Assembly (NCBI RefSeq): GCF_009914755.1
Contig: NC_060925.1
Strand: one strand, 5' to 3'
Source: the human T2T-CHM13v2.0 reference genome, Homo sapiens
Length of the DNA stretch: 64,000 nucleotides
Notes under the pieces: generated by a model
Told to the model about the DNA's origin: nothing
The model's input: the letters and a program-made list of their open reading frames with translations, nothing else
Databases searched by the model: none
Program-made: the position numbers and the translations under genes
Part shown: one piece after another, positions 47,738 to 60,995 of the stretch
Layout: the number at the start of each line of letters is the position of its first letter
Position numbering within the stretch: the stretch's first letter is position 1

Positions 47738-50700
47738 TGAGCTTTATATTGTAATGGGGGAAATAGGCAAAAGCAAAGAAATGATAGATGGCAATGTAGT
47801 AGCAAGTGCTTGATGAAAAATAAAGCAAGGTTAAAGAATGGAGAGAAATGGAGGTGCAGAAGGGGAAGGTTTGTCCACATGGGGTCTGTAAAGAGGGGAT
47901 TTCAACAGGGCTAGAGAAGCCCTGCCTCTTCTGGTTAGATTTGAGTGGAGAGCTCTGTCAATGCCCCAGGGGATCTGTTTCCAGTTAGAGGATGGGATTG
48001 ACCTGGTGCTAAGGCAATAAGGTGAAAAGGGGCTTGGTGTGTTTCAGGAACCTGCTATTTCTGAAGGCCTTTGTGGCATGCTGGTGTAAAAGTTGCCAGG
48101 TCTTCATTTTTGAAAAGGCTGTCTTGTATTCTGAGATGATGTCTTTCCCCTCTCCCCCAGCCCCCCACTGATGTTAACATGTCCTTTCTTTTAAGAAATG
48201 ATGTAAGATTTCAAGTTAGTTGTTGTTGTTGTTGTTTTTAATAGCCTAACTTGGCAATATAAAATGTTGGCAGCAGTATGCTGTTCTCTCCTTTTTTTCC
48301 CAAACTGATTCATGAAATACAAACTCTGTTAAGCTCTGGCTTAAGACGTGCAGAAAGTGCCAATCCTCCCTCTGTGTCCATGGAAAACTCCATCTTAATG
48401 CACTCCCAAGTATTTATTTGATTTGTTTACTAATTTTGGTACTTACTTATTTTCCAAGTTTGTCTTGAAAGAAAAAGAAGCACTGTGCTCCCCAAATTCA
48501 CATTCTATATGTTTGGCTTATTTTATTTTACTTTAACATAAAAAAGGAGTAGTAAAATTTATCCCTGATTCTTTAATAAAACAGCATGTCAGCAGAACAG
48601 GTACAGGAAATGGGGCCCTCCAAAGTTCTTTTATAGTCTGACATCAGAATTAAACTGGGATGTTGAGAACATCTGGGGCTCTCTCTGTTCTCTGTCTCCT
48701 CCTAAGATTTCCAAGGGATATCCGTGTTTGCTTTGTGTTTGTGTTTTGGAGGTAGGGTGGGGAGTTGGGAGCTGCTTTTTATTTTTTTCTTTAAGAGAAA
48801 AGGAGAAAACCAGATATTTTCAAGGGAATTGACTACTAGTGGCCAGTATAACAAAGAAACCCCACTAAGCCTAACCACAACCTGACAGAATGAAAAGTGA
48901 TTCCGGAGCTGCCACTCACCACAAATCCCCATGAACCATGCCAGGAAACAAGCTGAAAGAAGTAGAGAGGCTGCCGCTGAAGGGCCACAAACGTGGCCCC
49001 TAGAGAATCTTCTGGTCCCATTCAAATTCAAAGTGGTAGCGTGGAGGAGGGGTGGAAACTGAAGACAGAGAATTAGCAGCCCTGTGATCACTTTCAGGGT
49101 TATGATGGAACTGATTTAAAATGCAAAACCACATTCCGCTGTAAACACAGAGACAAACTGGAAGCAGAGGAAATAGAATTTTATTTGGTGATTTTCAATT
49201 TTAGGATTGAAATGGGGATGGGAAGAACTATGCTATTTATTTTTCCAGCACTCAAATTGCCTGTTCTTTTTTGTAGGATAAGTGAATGTGGACTGATAGA
49301 TTACTTCTTTGGGCTTCAATGCTAATAAGGCATACTTCCCACAGAATCTGACAGAAAGGATGAATACCTTGCCCTGCTAATGGTTAATTTGTAGTGGCAT
49401 GTGTATTTCTTGAATGTTCATGAAGTTTTCTAATTCATCACCACACAATTGGGCTTTTTACCTCTCTTTAAACAGAATGAAATGCCGGGAGGGAGAGAGG
49501 TTCGGGGGTGTTGTATTATCCCTCAGCCCCTGTATTTACCACCCAAAAGTTATTGCTAATTTTTGTCTACCTCAGAAACAAAATTGTTCTTCAACAAATA
49601 ATTTAGTACTGACCACACTTTAAAATGTTTATTGCTGTTGAATCTGTCACAGATTGCATCAAGCCACAGAGATGCTAATCTATCTCATGTATTTGAAATT
49701 CCTCTGGGAAACATATATTTGGGCTTACTGCTGAGTGAACATGACTGTTAGGATTATGGAGACCATACGCAGTGAAGAAAGGCAGCATCGCTTTTCTGAC
49801 TGGAAAGTAAACAATAGGGCGATTGTCAGCTTACACATAGGGCCAACAGCCCTACTGCTGAAGAGTTGGATGTAAAATCCTTGATCAGCAAGCTGTCTTG
49901 ATGTTTTCTTCTTGGAGTTGGATGTTGTCAAGGATTCAGATGAGCCACCCCAGTGCGTATGCAGGAAACAAAACAGGATATTCTTGTTTAAGGACTGTTT
50001 TCTGTAATTATGTTGATTTTTTTATGCAACACTTGAACTTTTAAAAACTCAAGGATGCATAAGAAGTACTCCAGAGGAGAATAAATGATTGGGATTTTGT
50101 CATAAGTGAAATGTTATTATGAGTTCTTAACAAAATTAACTTGTTTTTGTTTGTGATTGGGTCTATGAATTAAGTATACTGAGACCATGCCTGTTTCATC
50201 TTCCTGCCCCCCTCCTCGGCGCCGCTCCCCTCCCCAGCCCATTTTCAGACAGGAGGTCAAGCTGTCGTTGGAACATCATATTTCCTGCTTGGAAAAGGCA
50301 CTGGATTGTATAATCATCTGACAGGAAAGTTTCAAGAGTACCAGGAGCTTCCCTTGGAAGGCTTGGGGCGGCGTGGGGAATGTGCAGCATCTATAAACGT
50401 CTTTCCTTTGTACAATCATGGGCCGTTCTATGGTTGTGTATACAGAGTTTCAATGTGGAAAGAGCTAAACTGAACTGTAAATACCCTGAGGAAAAAGTGT
50501 CTGTGGAAATATGTACCTTGGGCTTGCCTGGTACCCTGTAGTTATGTGTCCTTCCTTGCTAAGGAAGGAACATCTGGCTGAACAACTTACTGTTTAATGC
50601 TATCAGGCTACAGACATCCGGTCACTCCTTTCCCATCCCAATATAAATTATCTGCCTTAGACAAGGGATGTAACATATTTGTATGCCAAGAAATTTGATT

Positions 50701-51099
50701 TTGTTACAATTATTTGCTCTTAATTTAAGAGAATTACTTTGTACTCTTTTTCTTTTATTTAATCAAAATGTCATGTGATTTCCTATTTTACTTGAATAAT
50801 TCTCATAATTTTACAACACAATGAAAGGATTATAGATTAGTGCAGGTCAATCTCCTCCATGTCCTCCTTATTTTTCTTAAGATTCCAATCCACAAAAGGT
50901 CATAGACAACATAATACTTCAGGTCCAAGGACACCTCAAGGTCCCTTTGAGAAAGCGATTATATTCCAAGAGAAGTGTGCCCTGAGTTTTAACCACTGTG
51001 ATTCAATGAAGAACATAAAATGTGAACTAGTCAGCAACTGCCAAGTTTAGTCAGGAGCACCCTGTGAAAGCTGATCTTACTCTAGGGTTAGGCTGTTTT

Positions 51100-51870
51100 G
51101 GGGAGAGTTTAAAATGGTGCTTGCAGGACAGCCTGTCTGGGTTGAATTCAGATTCTACCCTTCGGCAAGGAAATTATTTAACCCTTCTTTCCCTTGGTTT
51201 TCTCATTTGTAAAAGGAAAATTATAATTGTTCCAATTATTCTTTGCTGCATAATAAAGCACCCTGAAATTTAATGGCTTGAAAGAAGTATGTCTTATTAT
51301 CTCTCACTTTTCCGTGGATTGACTGGACTCTGTTGGGTTGTCCTCACTCAGGGTTCATAATTCCGGAGCAGTCAGATAGCAGCAGGAACTGAAGTCATGT
51401 AAAGGCTTCAGGGGACTGGCCCCACAATATGATTCATTCACATGCTGGTTGTAGGCTAGAAGCTGTGTTGGGACTCTGTTGACACCTGGCCTCTCCATGT
51501 TGCCTGAGCTTTCCCACAGCATGGAAGCCTTAGTCTGACTTTTTAGTGGAAGCTCAGGGTTCCAAAAGAACAAGGCAATGTTGCCAGTTCATTTAAAGGC
51601 TAAGCCAGGACCTAGTATGCTATCTCTTCTGCCCCACTCTATGCATCAAGCAAGTCAATAAGTCCAGCTCAGATTCAAAGGGAGAGGAATTAGACTCCAC
51701 ATCTCAATCTCAATTAGAGGAGTAGTAAATAATTTGATACCATCCCTGATCTACCACAAATACAGTATTAACCACATAGAGTTTTGTGAGAATTAAGCAA
51801 ATTAATCTTTGTAATGTACTCAGACCAATGTGTCACACATGTAATGTATTTTCAATGAAAGTTACTTATT
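51100..51870 (+). mobile_element. MIR split by an MLT1 LTR
   Basis: MIR 5' half (gcctgtctgggttgaattc...tttctcatttgtaaaagg) before 51228 and 3' half (catagagttttgtgagaattaag...) after 51758. Confidence 0.65.
51228..51758 (-). mobile_element. MLT1 (F/G/H-like) MaLR solo LTR
   Basis: TG...CA termini (tgttcc...ctaccaca); ccagctcagattcaaagggagaggaattagactccac and ggcctctccatgt motifs typical of older MLT1. Confidence 0.8.
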
Positions 51871-51884
51871 ATTTTCTGGGTACT

Positions 51885-52110
51885 TATTCTATTTTATGTT
51901 TCTTCACTGCATTTATCACCATCCAACTTTGCTTGTTTTTTATATTTGTCTCTCGGTATGTGTTTATTGTCTCTCTCTCCTACCCAAATGTAAACTTCAT
52001 TACCATAGGAACTGCTTTTCTAGGGCCTAGAAGAGTGTCTGGTGCTTGATGAGGGTACCATAAATATGTGTTGAATTAATGAGTGAACTAGTGAATAAGT
52101 GAATGAACCC
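51885..52110 (+). mobile_element. L2 3' end
   Basis: ttgtctctctctcc...aatgtaaacttc...cctagaagagtgtctgg...ataaatatgtgttgaattaatgagtgaa. Confidence 0.7.
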
Positions 52111-52344
52111 AGTGAATACAAAACTGTAGGAAATAAACATCTTGGATGTTTGGTTGTAGAAATTGGGAGTGAGGGAGGATTACAAACAGGGAGGTTGACA
52201 TTATGATTTATTTAAATATATTAAAAATTAGAATGAGTATCATCTCTCATATGAAGCAGTTTTAACTGCAGCTGTCTGGGGAAGCACAAAATATATTACC
52301 AGGCCTACCTTGCAACCAAAATTGGGAAGCTGCAGGTGGTCATT

Positions 52345-52545
52345 CACAGGCCTTCAAATCTGACAAGACTGGGCTTAAGTCACTGCTCCGCTGTTTGCTT
52401 GCTGTGTGACATGAAAAGTTTTTTAACTTCTCTGAGTTGTAAAATCTGTGAAATCAGGCAACAAGGCACACTGCAAGGGACTCCTGTGAGAATTAAATAC
52501 AGCTGACAAAGGGTTTCAACAAAAGTACTGGACACAATTAATAAA
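52345..52545 (+). mobile_element. MIR SINE
   Basis: gctgtgtgacatgaaaagttttttaacttctctgag...ctgtgagaattaaat. Confidence 0.55.
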
Positions 52546-53358
52546 AATGTACCAGTCCCTGAAAGTATTAATAATAGGTAAACTTTATTGACATGAATTT
52601 TATTTTACTTATACTCTATATTAAGTTAGACAGCTTTACAGTTTCTGTTTTTCAAAAACTCCACTTATGTTTCCAAACACATTAAAAAATATTAAAATAA
52701 AATTACATTTACTTTTTAATAACTCAACATTCAATCTGTGAGTATAATGACCCATAAACTGACCTTTCTGCTTCACCAGCAACTGACAAAAGAACTGGAA
52801 CTGAATATTCACTAAGTTTTAACAACCATGTTAAAAATAAATGTTTACATTTATCAAGAGAAATTGTGACATCAGAGGAAATAAACATCATGTCCAAAGA
52901 ACAACTTCCCAGAATTCAAGGGGAATTCCCCCACCTCCAATCTCTCTGTGAGGATGTCCAAATGTAAATTACTTAATCAACCAGATGCTGATTGTCGAGA
53001 GTTCAATGAATTCAAAACACTTGGAACTTTGAGAAATTTTAAAAGGGAAACCACTTTTTGTTCTTTAGAGTGCTTAGTATTTTTAAATAAACTTATAGGC
53101 CAAGATGAACTAATAAATATAACAATCCATTTCTTCAAAACATCGGGACTATATATATTTAATTCAAGATGGTTAATTTGTAGGTAGACACACATATTTA
53201 TATAAATTCATAGTGGATACATTGAACAGAAATTTTGTCTGTTTCCTTGCTTTGCAAAAACTGTTGAATAATATTTCTTACACTGAAACATTTCTCTGGA
53301 ACCTGGGAAAGATGGAAGCTAGAAAAAAGAATGATGAATAAAAAATCATACATCTTCA

Positions 53359-53654
<296 letters not shown>

Positions 53655-55757
53655 AATCATACATCTTCAAAAGGAAAGTATTCAGCACTGAAGTTGCATA
53701 TTGCTGTCAGGTAGACAGTATAACATATATTCAATTCTCCAATCAGCAAAACACCAAAGAAGCACAGGGCAGACACGGCTCGGTCCTCCAAAGTGAAGGA
53801 GAACGTACTTGCCGACGACATCACGGTAGAGCATGGTAAAATTTGTTCTAGAGGGGACTTACAAATATAGGACTCACTGACGGGTTTGATACCAGATAGG
53901 TGGCAACACTCAAATAACATCTATCTAACATACCTGACAAAAGGTGGTTAGTAAATATTAGTTTTCTTTCCTTCTTTCATTTGAACTATTTTTTTTCCTC
54001 GCTTTTTTGTCCATGACCATAATGTCTGGGCTCTGTGACTAAGCGTATAGCCATGAGTGCTGGGATCACTTTATGGCTCTTTGTTCCCAAGTAAACAAGC
54101 CTAGTCTGGTTATGTATTAATCAATAGAAGGTGATAGCCTGCATAAAGAACCAATATGGGGAAAGCAGAGGCCCAGATGAAATCAATATAAAATAAATTT
54201 ATCTGAGCCTTTCCATCCTTCCACTTCTAGTTCCTTTATGATCCATGATCCATTTTAGGAAGATCAGTATGCCAGGGACTGGTCTGCTCAGTGAACCTCA
54301 CTTATGTGAAAAGGAGAAACTCTTGTTGTCACCTATCAGGACCTGATTGGATCCAATTATATAGGGCTTCATCTCTTAATCAGATACCGTATTGGCATTC
54401 ATGCCATAGCTATTTTTCCTATACAGAAGTGCTGACAAAAGTGATTTGGAGTTTTCCTTTCTTCTTTCCACACCTTACCCCTTTCAGAGAATGTCTATAA
54501 TTCCACTCCTTACGATAGTAAATCCAGATGGCAAGAATTCTCAACAAAATGTGTTCATAAACATTTACCTTTTTCTTTCATATTTGTAGTAATGATAACT
54601 AATCCCTACAGTCTGGATTATAATTTGTTCAATTTATCCAACCAAGGCAAAAGTCTTTTAGGGGAATTTCACTATCCAGTCTATTATTTAACCTCATGAA
54701 CAAAATCGCTGTTGCTGCCTCACTTAAAAAGATTCATCATGAAGGTTAAGAACAGATGAGACGGGTGTCTGCAGTCTCCTGGAATCACAAATGTACAAAC
54801 AAGAGAACTAATTTTTCTCTACTGTTTTTACAAAAAAAAGGAAAGCTTTTTTTTACACTAGGCAAACAGCAACTGGTTTAGTCTCATAAATTTACATGTC
54901 CTAAGTAGTGTCAGTCTTCAGGCAGATTAGATTAACAGGCCTTGTGTTATCATCCCAGGAAAAAAAAGAAAAACAGATCCAAAGTCATCTGGTTAATTGG
55001 AGGAGGTGGGGAGATGAAGTTGCTTCCATTAAGTTCTTTTGGAGCAGTTGCAAGATCCACAAAATCTGTTTTTAGCTCAGTCATTCATCCTGTTGGATGT
55101 GTGATGTGTTTTCAATTTAATGATAATTGCCCTTCCCATTTCTTTGATAATTGCCCTCTCTATTATCATTTATGGAGATTCAAATTATAAATCAAGACAA
55201 GACAGCCAGAAAAATATTATGATTGTCCCTTCTGAGGCCACAGTAAAACTCAAGTAACACTGCCAAAGTCTGAGAGCTTAAGCTGTTTTCATTTGCATGT
55301 TTCTGAACATTCTATTTTAGGGTCCAGTGGTTTTCCTAAAGAGGAGGTTGCATGACAATAATAGAACTGAATGATAATGTGTACAGAGAATATAAATTTA
55401 GCTTTGATTCGAGTTATAAACTTGTATTTGAAATCAGAAACTTGCAGTCGTGACTGTCTGAAAGCAAAGGTGAGGAGTCAGCCACAAATGCCTACTATTA
55501 GTCACCTATGTCCCCACAGAGGCCATTGCATAGCGTTGCCTCCCAGGAGTTACCCTCTCTCTTTATTTTCAGCCTGTTTGGGGAAAAAAAAAAAAAGCTG
55601 TATCCATTCCTTCTCACCGAATATGCCCCGTGATCAACACATTGAAATGTGTAGAAAGACATGAGTGAGCTTTGATGTAAGATTCCTGGAACCATCTCCC
55701 AAAACAAAACAGTATAATAAAAATGTACCCACCAAAAATGGCTCTTTGAGATGGTAA

Positions 55758-56203
55758 CAATGGAGTTCTGGCTCCAGCTTATACCTGCTCAGGAGATCCC
55801 ATTATTAACTTTTCAGGAATTTGGCAAGCTGTTTGTTCCCCCAGAGAACCATTATTAATAAATAAATTGCATAAATTTAGAATTAAATAATTAAACTTAA
55901 AACAAAGGTAATAAATACACACATTCATCACTTCCTAATTATTCTAGCACATTGTATTATTTTCCGTGTTGCTGAGGGTGTTTTTATCTATTATATCAAC
56001 ATGTTTGAAATACCACATAAAGGTACAATATAGACTATCTCTTCCCGAGTCTGCATTCTGTGACTTCATATTAGCACCCAATATGGTGAATATCAGTAAA
56101 TAATACTAAATATAGTATTTAAACCACCATATCAGAAAATGCTACAAGTCAGTGCTTTTTTTCCCAGAGAGCTGATCGGTAAACATTTTGCAGCCCAGCC
56201 CTG
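55758..56203. mobile_element. MER63(B)-like non-autonomous hAT DNA transposon
   Basis: Body matches recalled MER63 (aaaacaaaggtaataaatac...catcacttcctaattatt); decayed terminal inverted repeats; 8-bp TSD gatggtaa (55750-55757) / gacggtaa (56204-56211), the hAT signature. Confidence 0.85.
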
Positions 56204-56284
56204 GACGGTAACATGGTTTTGTGAAGAAAGGAGTTTGCAGCAGGGATGACCTGGGTTTCCTTTTGGCTCAATTAGTAGCTGTAT

Positions 56285-56660
56285 GAACTTGGGCAGTTTA
56301 AACTCTCTGAGGCTTAATTTGTCATTTTCCTGCTTAATACACTTCAATATATTTCTATTACTCAGGATGAAGTCCAAAATCCTTAGGGTGTTTTTTCCCT
56401 TATCATTGCCCCAGATTTCTTTAAACTCCTTGAATCCCCCAAGTTCCAGCTGCCTAAGGGCCCTCAAATCTGGAGTGCTCTTCTTTTTCCTCTTTGTCCT
56501 GCTAACTTCTACCCATTATTTAGGTCTCTGTTTAAATGTCACTTTCTCAAGGTAGACTTTGCGATAGAAACTCCCTTTACCTGCCGTAAAACTCCCAGAG
56601 AACCTTTTGTACTTGTCAAAGTGTAAAAAAATTATATTGCACATAGTTGTTTGCTTAATA
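56285..56660 (+). mobile_element. L2 fragment
   Basis: ctcaggatgaagtccaaaatcctta...ttaggtctctgtttaaatgtcactttctca; boundaries approximate. Confidence 0.55.
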
Positions 56661-56834
56661 TCAAAACCCCCTCTTTCATCCATGTTTCTCATGTGTTGTT
56701 ATCACTGCCAAATTTAACTCTGTGCCCATGGACAACCGCTTTGCAAGCCTAACCACTAACTTTCATCTGTAGGGTTTCTATCTTATTAAGAGCAAACTCT
56801 CATTTTCAAAGTCACTCATTCTACCCAAGAGGTA

Positions 56835-57915
56835 TTACAGCATGGTTGGTAAGTATGCGAACTCTGAGGCAGAGCACTGTAGGTTTGAATCCTGACTCCA
56901 CCACTTCTGAGCTGTGTGACCTTAGCAACCTTTCTGTCTCTCTTATTCCTGATTTAGGAAGTAGAGTTAATAACGAAACCTACTGATGCAGGATTTTCTC
57001 AGCCCCTTCACTGGACTCGCGGCAGGGTTACTCCCTCTATTAGGCATGCCAGGGTCAATCCCTTGCAGGAGGGAGCACGTGAGCAAGTGAGTGCAGGATC
57101 TGTCTGGCCACTCTGGGTGTCGACACAGATGCAAACTCTGTGCGGGGCCCATGGCCAGGCCAGGTGTGTCGCCTTGAGGTGAATGCAGCAGCACCCATGT
57201 GAGGGTGCCCACAACTCCGAAGCCCCAGAGGAGGTTTTACAGTGCTCCTTTAGTTGTGCCATTCACAGACGGTGGTGTGTTAGCAGCTCAGTTGGTCCCT
57301 TGCCCCATTGTGTGAGGTGGCTGCCCTCCGCCACTGATGGCAAAGGGCTGGTGTGACAGCCTTTCTTGCTACCTGCACTCAGTGGGTCCCGAGCTATTGT
57401 CCAGTGTCCAAGAAGAATGAGGTCACATAAACAGTTGAAGGATGGGGAAGGCAGAGAATTTTGTTGAGAAATGAAAATGGCTCTAAAAGGCTGTCTGTTC
57501 CCCAAAGTCAGGCTGTCTCCTCCTCTACCAACTGAGTCTGTGGTCTTTAAAGGCACAGGGTGGGGAGTGCATGCTGATTGGGTTTGCCAGTATGCAAAAA
57601 AGGCTAAAGCAAAGACACCACTCAAAGGTGCGTACGACAATGTAGAAAACCAATTAGGAAAGGGTAGGTATATGTAAAATAGGTGAAGGGTGAGGATCAA
57701 TCAGAGGAAAGCACACCAAACAGGAAGACAAGTTCTTAACACAGTCTGATGATTTAACTTGTAGCTTGGCTTTCAGGCTTTAAACTGTCTTCAGCTTGAA
57801 GGTGGGGTTTCACCGGGTACCCACCCCTAGCTGCCTAAGCATTTGGCTGCTTCCTGTAGCTATCACTACTTCACGTTGTGAAAATTACATAAATTAGCCG
57901 CTGTGAAGTGCTCTG
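56835..57915 (+). mobile_element. MIR split by an ERV1 LTR
   Basis: MIR 5' part (ggtttgaatcctgactccaccacttctgagctgtgtgaccttagcaa) to 56983, resuming at 57870. Confidence 0.7.
56984..57865 (-). mobile_element. ERV1 solo LTR (LTR1/LTR27/LTR28 group)
   Basis: 882 bp with tgat...atca termini and perfect 4-bp TSD ctac (56980-56983, 57866-57869); minus strand starts tgatagctacaggaagcagccaaatgc. Confidence 0.85.
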
Positions 57916-58089
57916 TGAAGGATGATTGTGTAGGAATCAGTACTTAAAGGTTGGACATTATTCCTACTCACCTTAACTCTGGTTGCGCTTTCTCCTAATT
58001 ATGCCATTTCTCAGAATTCCCACCCATATGGAGACTCTCAGGCTTCCTTACCTTTGGTAAATTTAGACAATCCCGCAGATTTTAACTAC

Positions 58090-58680
58090 CCCATCCATTG
58101 GAAGGATGCCAAAATTTCTAGTTCTAGTTTCTCCACTAATTTATAATCCTACAGTTCCAGCTACTTACTGCCATCTCCAAGAGACTTCTTGACACATCAA
58201 ACACAATGCACCACACCTAAATTCATTACCCCATCAAACTAGTTCTTTCTTTTGACATCCGTATTTCTGTTAATAGCAACCCAATTTCTTCTGTGAGGCT
58301 CCAAGTTTCTAATTTATCTATGTCTCTTCCTTTTCCCTTACTGCACGTCTCAGCAATTGCCAATTCCTATTGATTGTCTCTGAAATACCTCTTGCATCTT
58401 TTTCTTCCTTCTAATTCCCACTGCTACTGCCTAGCCTAGGTTCTCATTAATCTCTTTCTTGTCTGGACTGTAACAACAGCCTACTATCTTCCTCACAGCT
58501 TTAGACTAAGCTTAAACATAACAAGAAGCATTCTTCTAGAGTTAGACATTCATAACACATGTTTCTCTCTCTCCCTCTCTCAATCCCTGTTTTGTGTGAT
58601 GTTTTATTTGTGTCTTCCCTCCATGACATCAGAGACTTTTACCCACTAGTTCACCTCTGTAGCCTCAGCACCTAATAGTA
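58090..58680 (+). mobile_element. L2 fragments
   Basis: ttccagctacttactgccatctcca...cattaatctctttcttgtctggactgtaacaacagcctac...tagttcacctctgtagcctcagcaccta. Confidence 0.6.
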
Positions 58681-59042
58681 CTACTTAGTACTAGTTACTA
58701 GTAAATTTAGTACTATTATTAAATATTAGTATAGTATGAACATGGCATATTATTAATATGGCATATTGCTACTGAAAATAGTACTGTTAAATTTTAAATA
58801 TTGATAAAATTATTTGTTAGGTTAATTATTGAATAAATCCATTTTCAGCCCTTGTTTTGATCTATAGTGCATACACTTCATCTACCTAAATTGGATTTCT
58901 GGTTAATTTACTCCCTGTTCAAACATCATCAGTGTTCCTAATCAATTACCTAATGTCTAATATCCCCATCCCAGAATACAAGGCCTCAATTAAGAGTACA
59001 AACTTACTTCTATGAAACCTCTAGCCCAAACTGAATATTCAA

Positions 59043-59380
59043 TTTTTGTTTGTTTGTTTGTTTTTGGGTTTTTTTGTTTGTTTTTGAGACGGAGTCTCAC
59101 ATTGTCACCCAGGCTGGAGTGCAATGTTGCAATCTTGGCTCACTGCAACCTCTGCCTCCCAGGTTCAGGTTCAAGTGATTCTCCTGCCTCAGCCCTCAGC
59201 CTCCCGAGTTGCTGGGATTACAGGCATGTGCCACCATGCCCAGCTAATTTTCTTGTATTTTTAGTAGAGACGGGGTTTCACTATGTTGGCCAGGCTGGTC
59301 TCAAACTCCTGACCTCATGATCCGCCCGCCTTGGCTTCCCAAAGTGCTGGGATTATAGGTGTAAGCCACCACTCCCAACC
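59043..59380 (-). mobile_element. AluS (Sg-like) with two short internal duplications
   Basis: Full dimer; approximate TSD gaatattc(a/c)attttt; aggttcaggttc and cctcagccctcagc duplications. Confidence 0.95.
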
Positions 59381-59392
59381 TAGAATATTCCA

Positions 59393-59652
59393 TTTTTTTT
59401 GAGACAGGGTCTCACTGTGCTGCCCAGGCTGGCGTGTGGTGGTGCGATCATAGCTCACTGCAGGACCTCCTGGCCTCAAGTGATCTTCTCACCTCAGCCT
59501 CCAGTAGCTGAGACTACAGATGCACACTACCATGCCTGGTTAATTTTTACAATTTTTATAGAGGCAGAGTCTCACTATGTTCCCCAGGCTAGTCTCTGAC
59601 TCCTGGGCTCAAGCAATCCTCCCTCCTCAACTTCCCAAAGTGCTGGAATTAT
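59393..59652 (-). mobile_element. AluJ, 5'-truncated
   Basis: gagacagggtctcactgtgctgcccagg...ctcctgggctcaagcaatcctccc (J-type). Confidence 0.9.
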
Positions 59653-60681
59653 TCAATATGGGATTCATTGAAACTTACATTATGTATCTAAGCTCTCTAG
59701 AAAATATTGAAAATTCCTTGAATGCTTCATTTTCAAATATAAAGTCCTTTTAAAAAAGAAGTCTGGCTGTCAGTTGGAAAGCTATTACCACAACTTCAAA
59801 AATCAACCATTACTCAATTACCTTTGTTTCCTTAAAACGGACACAGTTAGATAGCCAATGTTAATTCTTCCTACAAAGATGAGCTTTTTTATTACAAATG
59901 AAAATATCCCTCTTTCACCAAATTACACAATAAAATGTTCACCATTTACTTGAAACATTAAAATTACATCTATTACCTAATCATGAAATAAAGAAATTGG
60001 CAAGAAAACAACTGAAGGGCTACTTTATTTTTTGAGCATTTTCAACCATAGCCTAAGATTTTATCCCTATCTGTAAATGTACTTAATTAACCAAGAGCGG
60101 TGTGAAGACTAAATAAGTCTATGTAGGAAATTTTCCTTTGTTACCTGTCATAGAACCTTTACAGTTATGTTGGACCCTCACAGTAAAACATGGTACTCGG
60201 GAGCAAAATTCAGTATCAGTCAGATTTGCTTTGGACTGCATCCAAGGACTGTCATTTTGATGCTGATTTGCCAAGAACAAGGACCTATCCATGAGCCCTC
60301 AGGAGAGTAGCACAGGAAGGTCCCATTGTAGAAGAAAATAGGTCCATTTCCCATCTACCATTTTAAGGCCAGGTTTCACAGCCTCACTCACAAATCTGCT
60401 GGATAGCAAAGGCTATCCCTTGCATTCACAAGGTAGTTTTTCACCCTGTTTCAATTCATGTCAAACTTACAGTATGCTGACAAACTAAAAATTATTGGTC
60501 TCCAAAAACCTACTCTGTTGCTCTCACAATAGTAATTTAAACATGTAACCAAGTGTAAGAAATGCATATTCTTTACAAAATCTTTAAATTCAAGAAACAA
60601 CTAATAACTAATCTATACTCTAAAATGTATAAATGATTAGCCCATCTGGGAATTCTGCTGTTTAAAAGTTTACTGGATGGT

Positions 60682-60995
<314 letters not shown>

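Noticed and set aside
57263-57700. 145-aa ORF
   Set aside because: Lies wholly within a solo LTR; no gag/pol/env similarity
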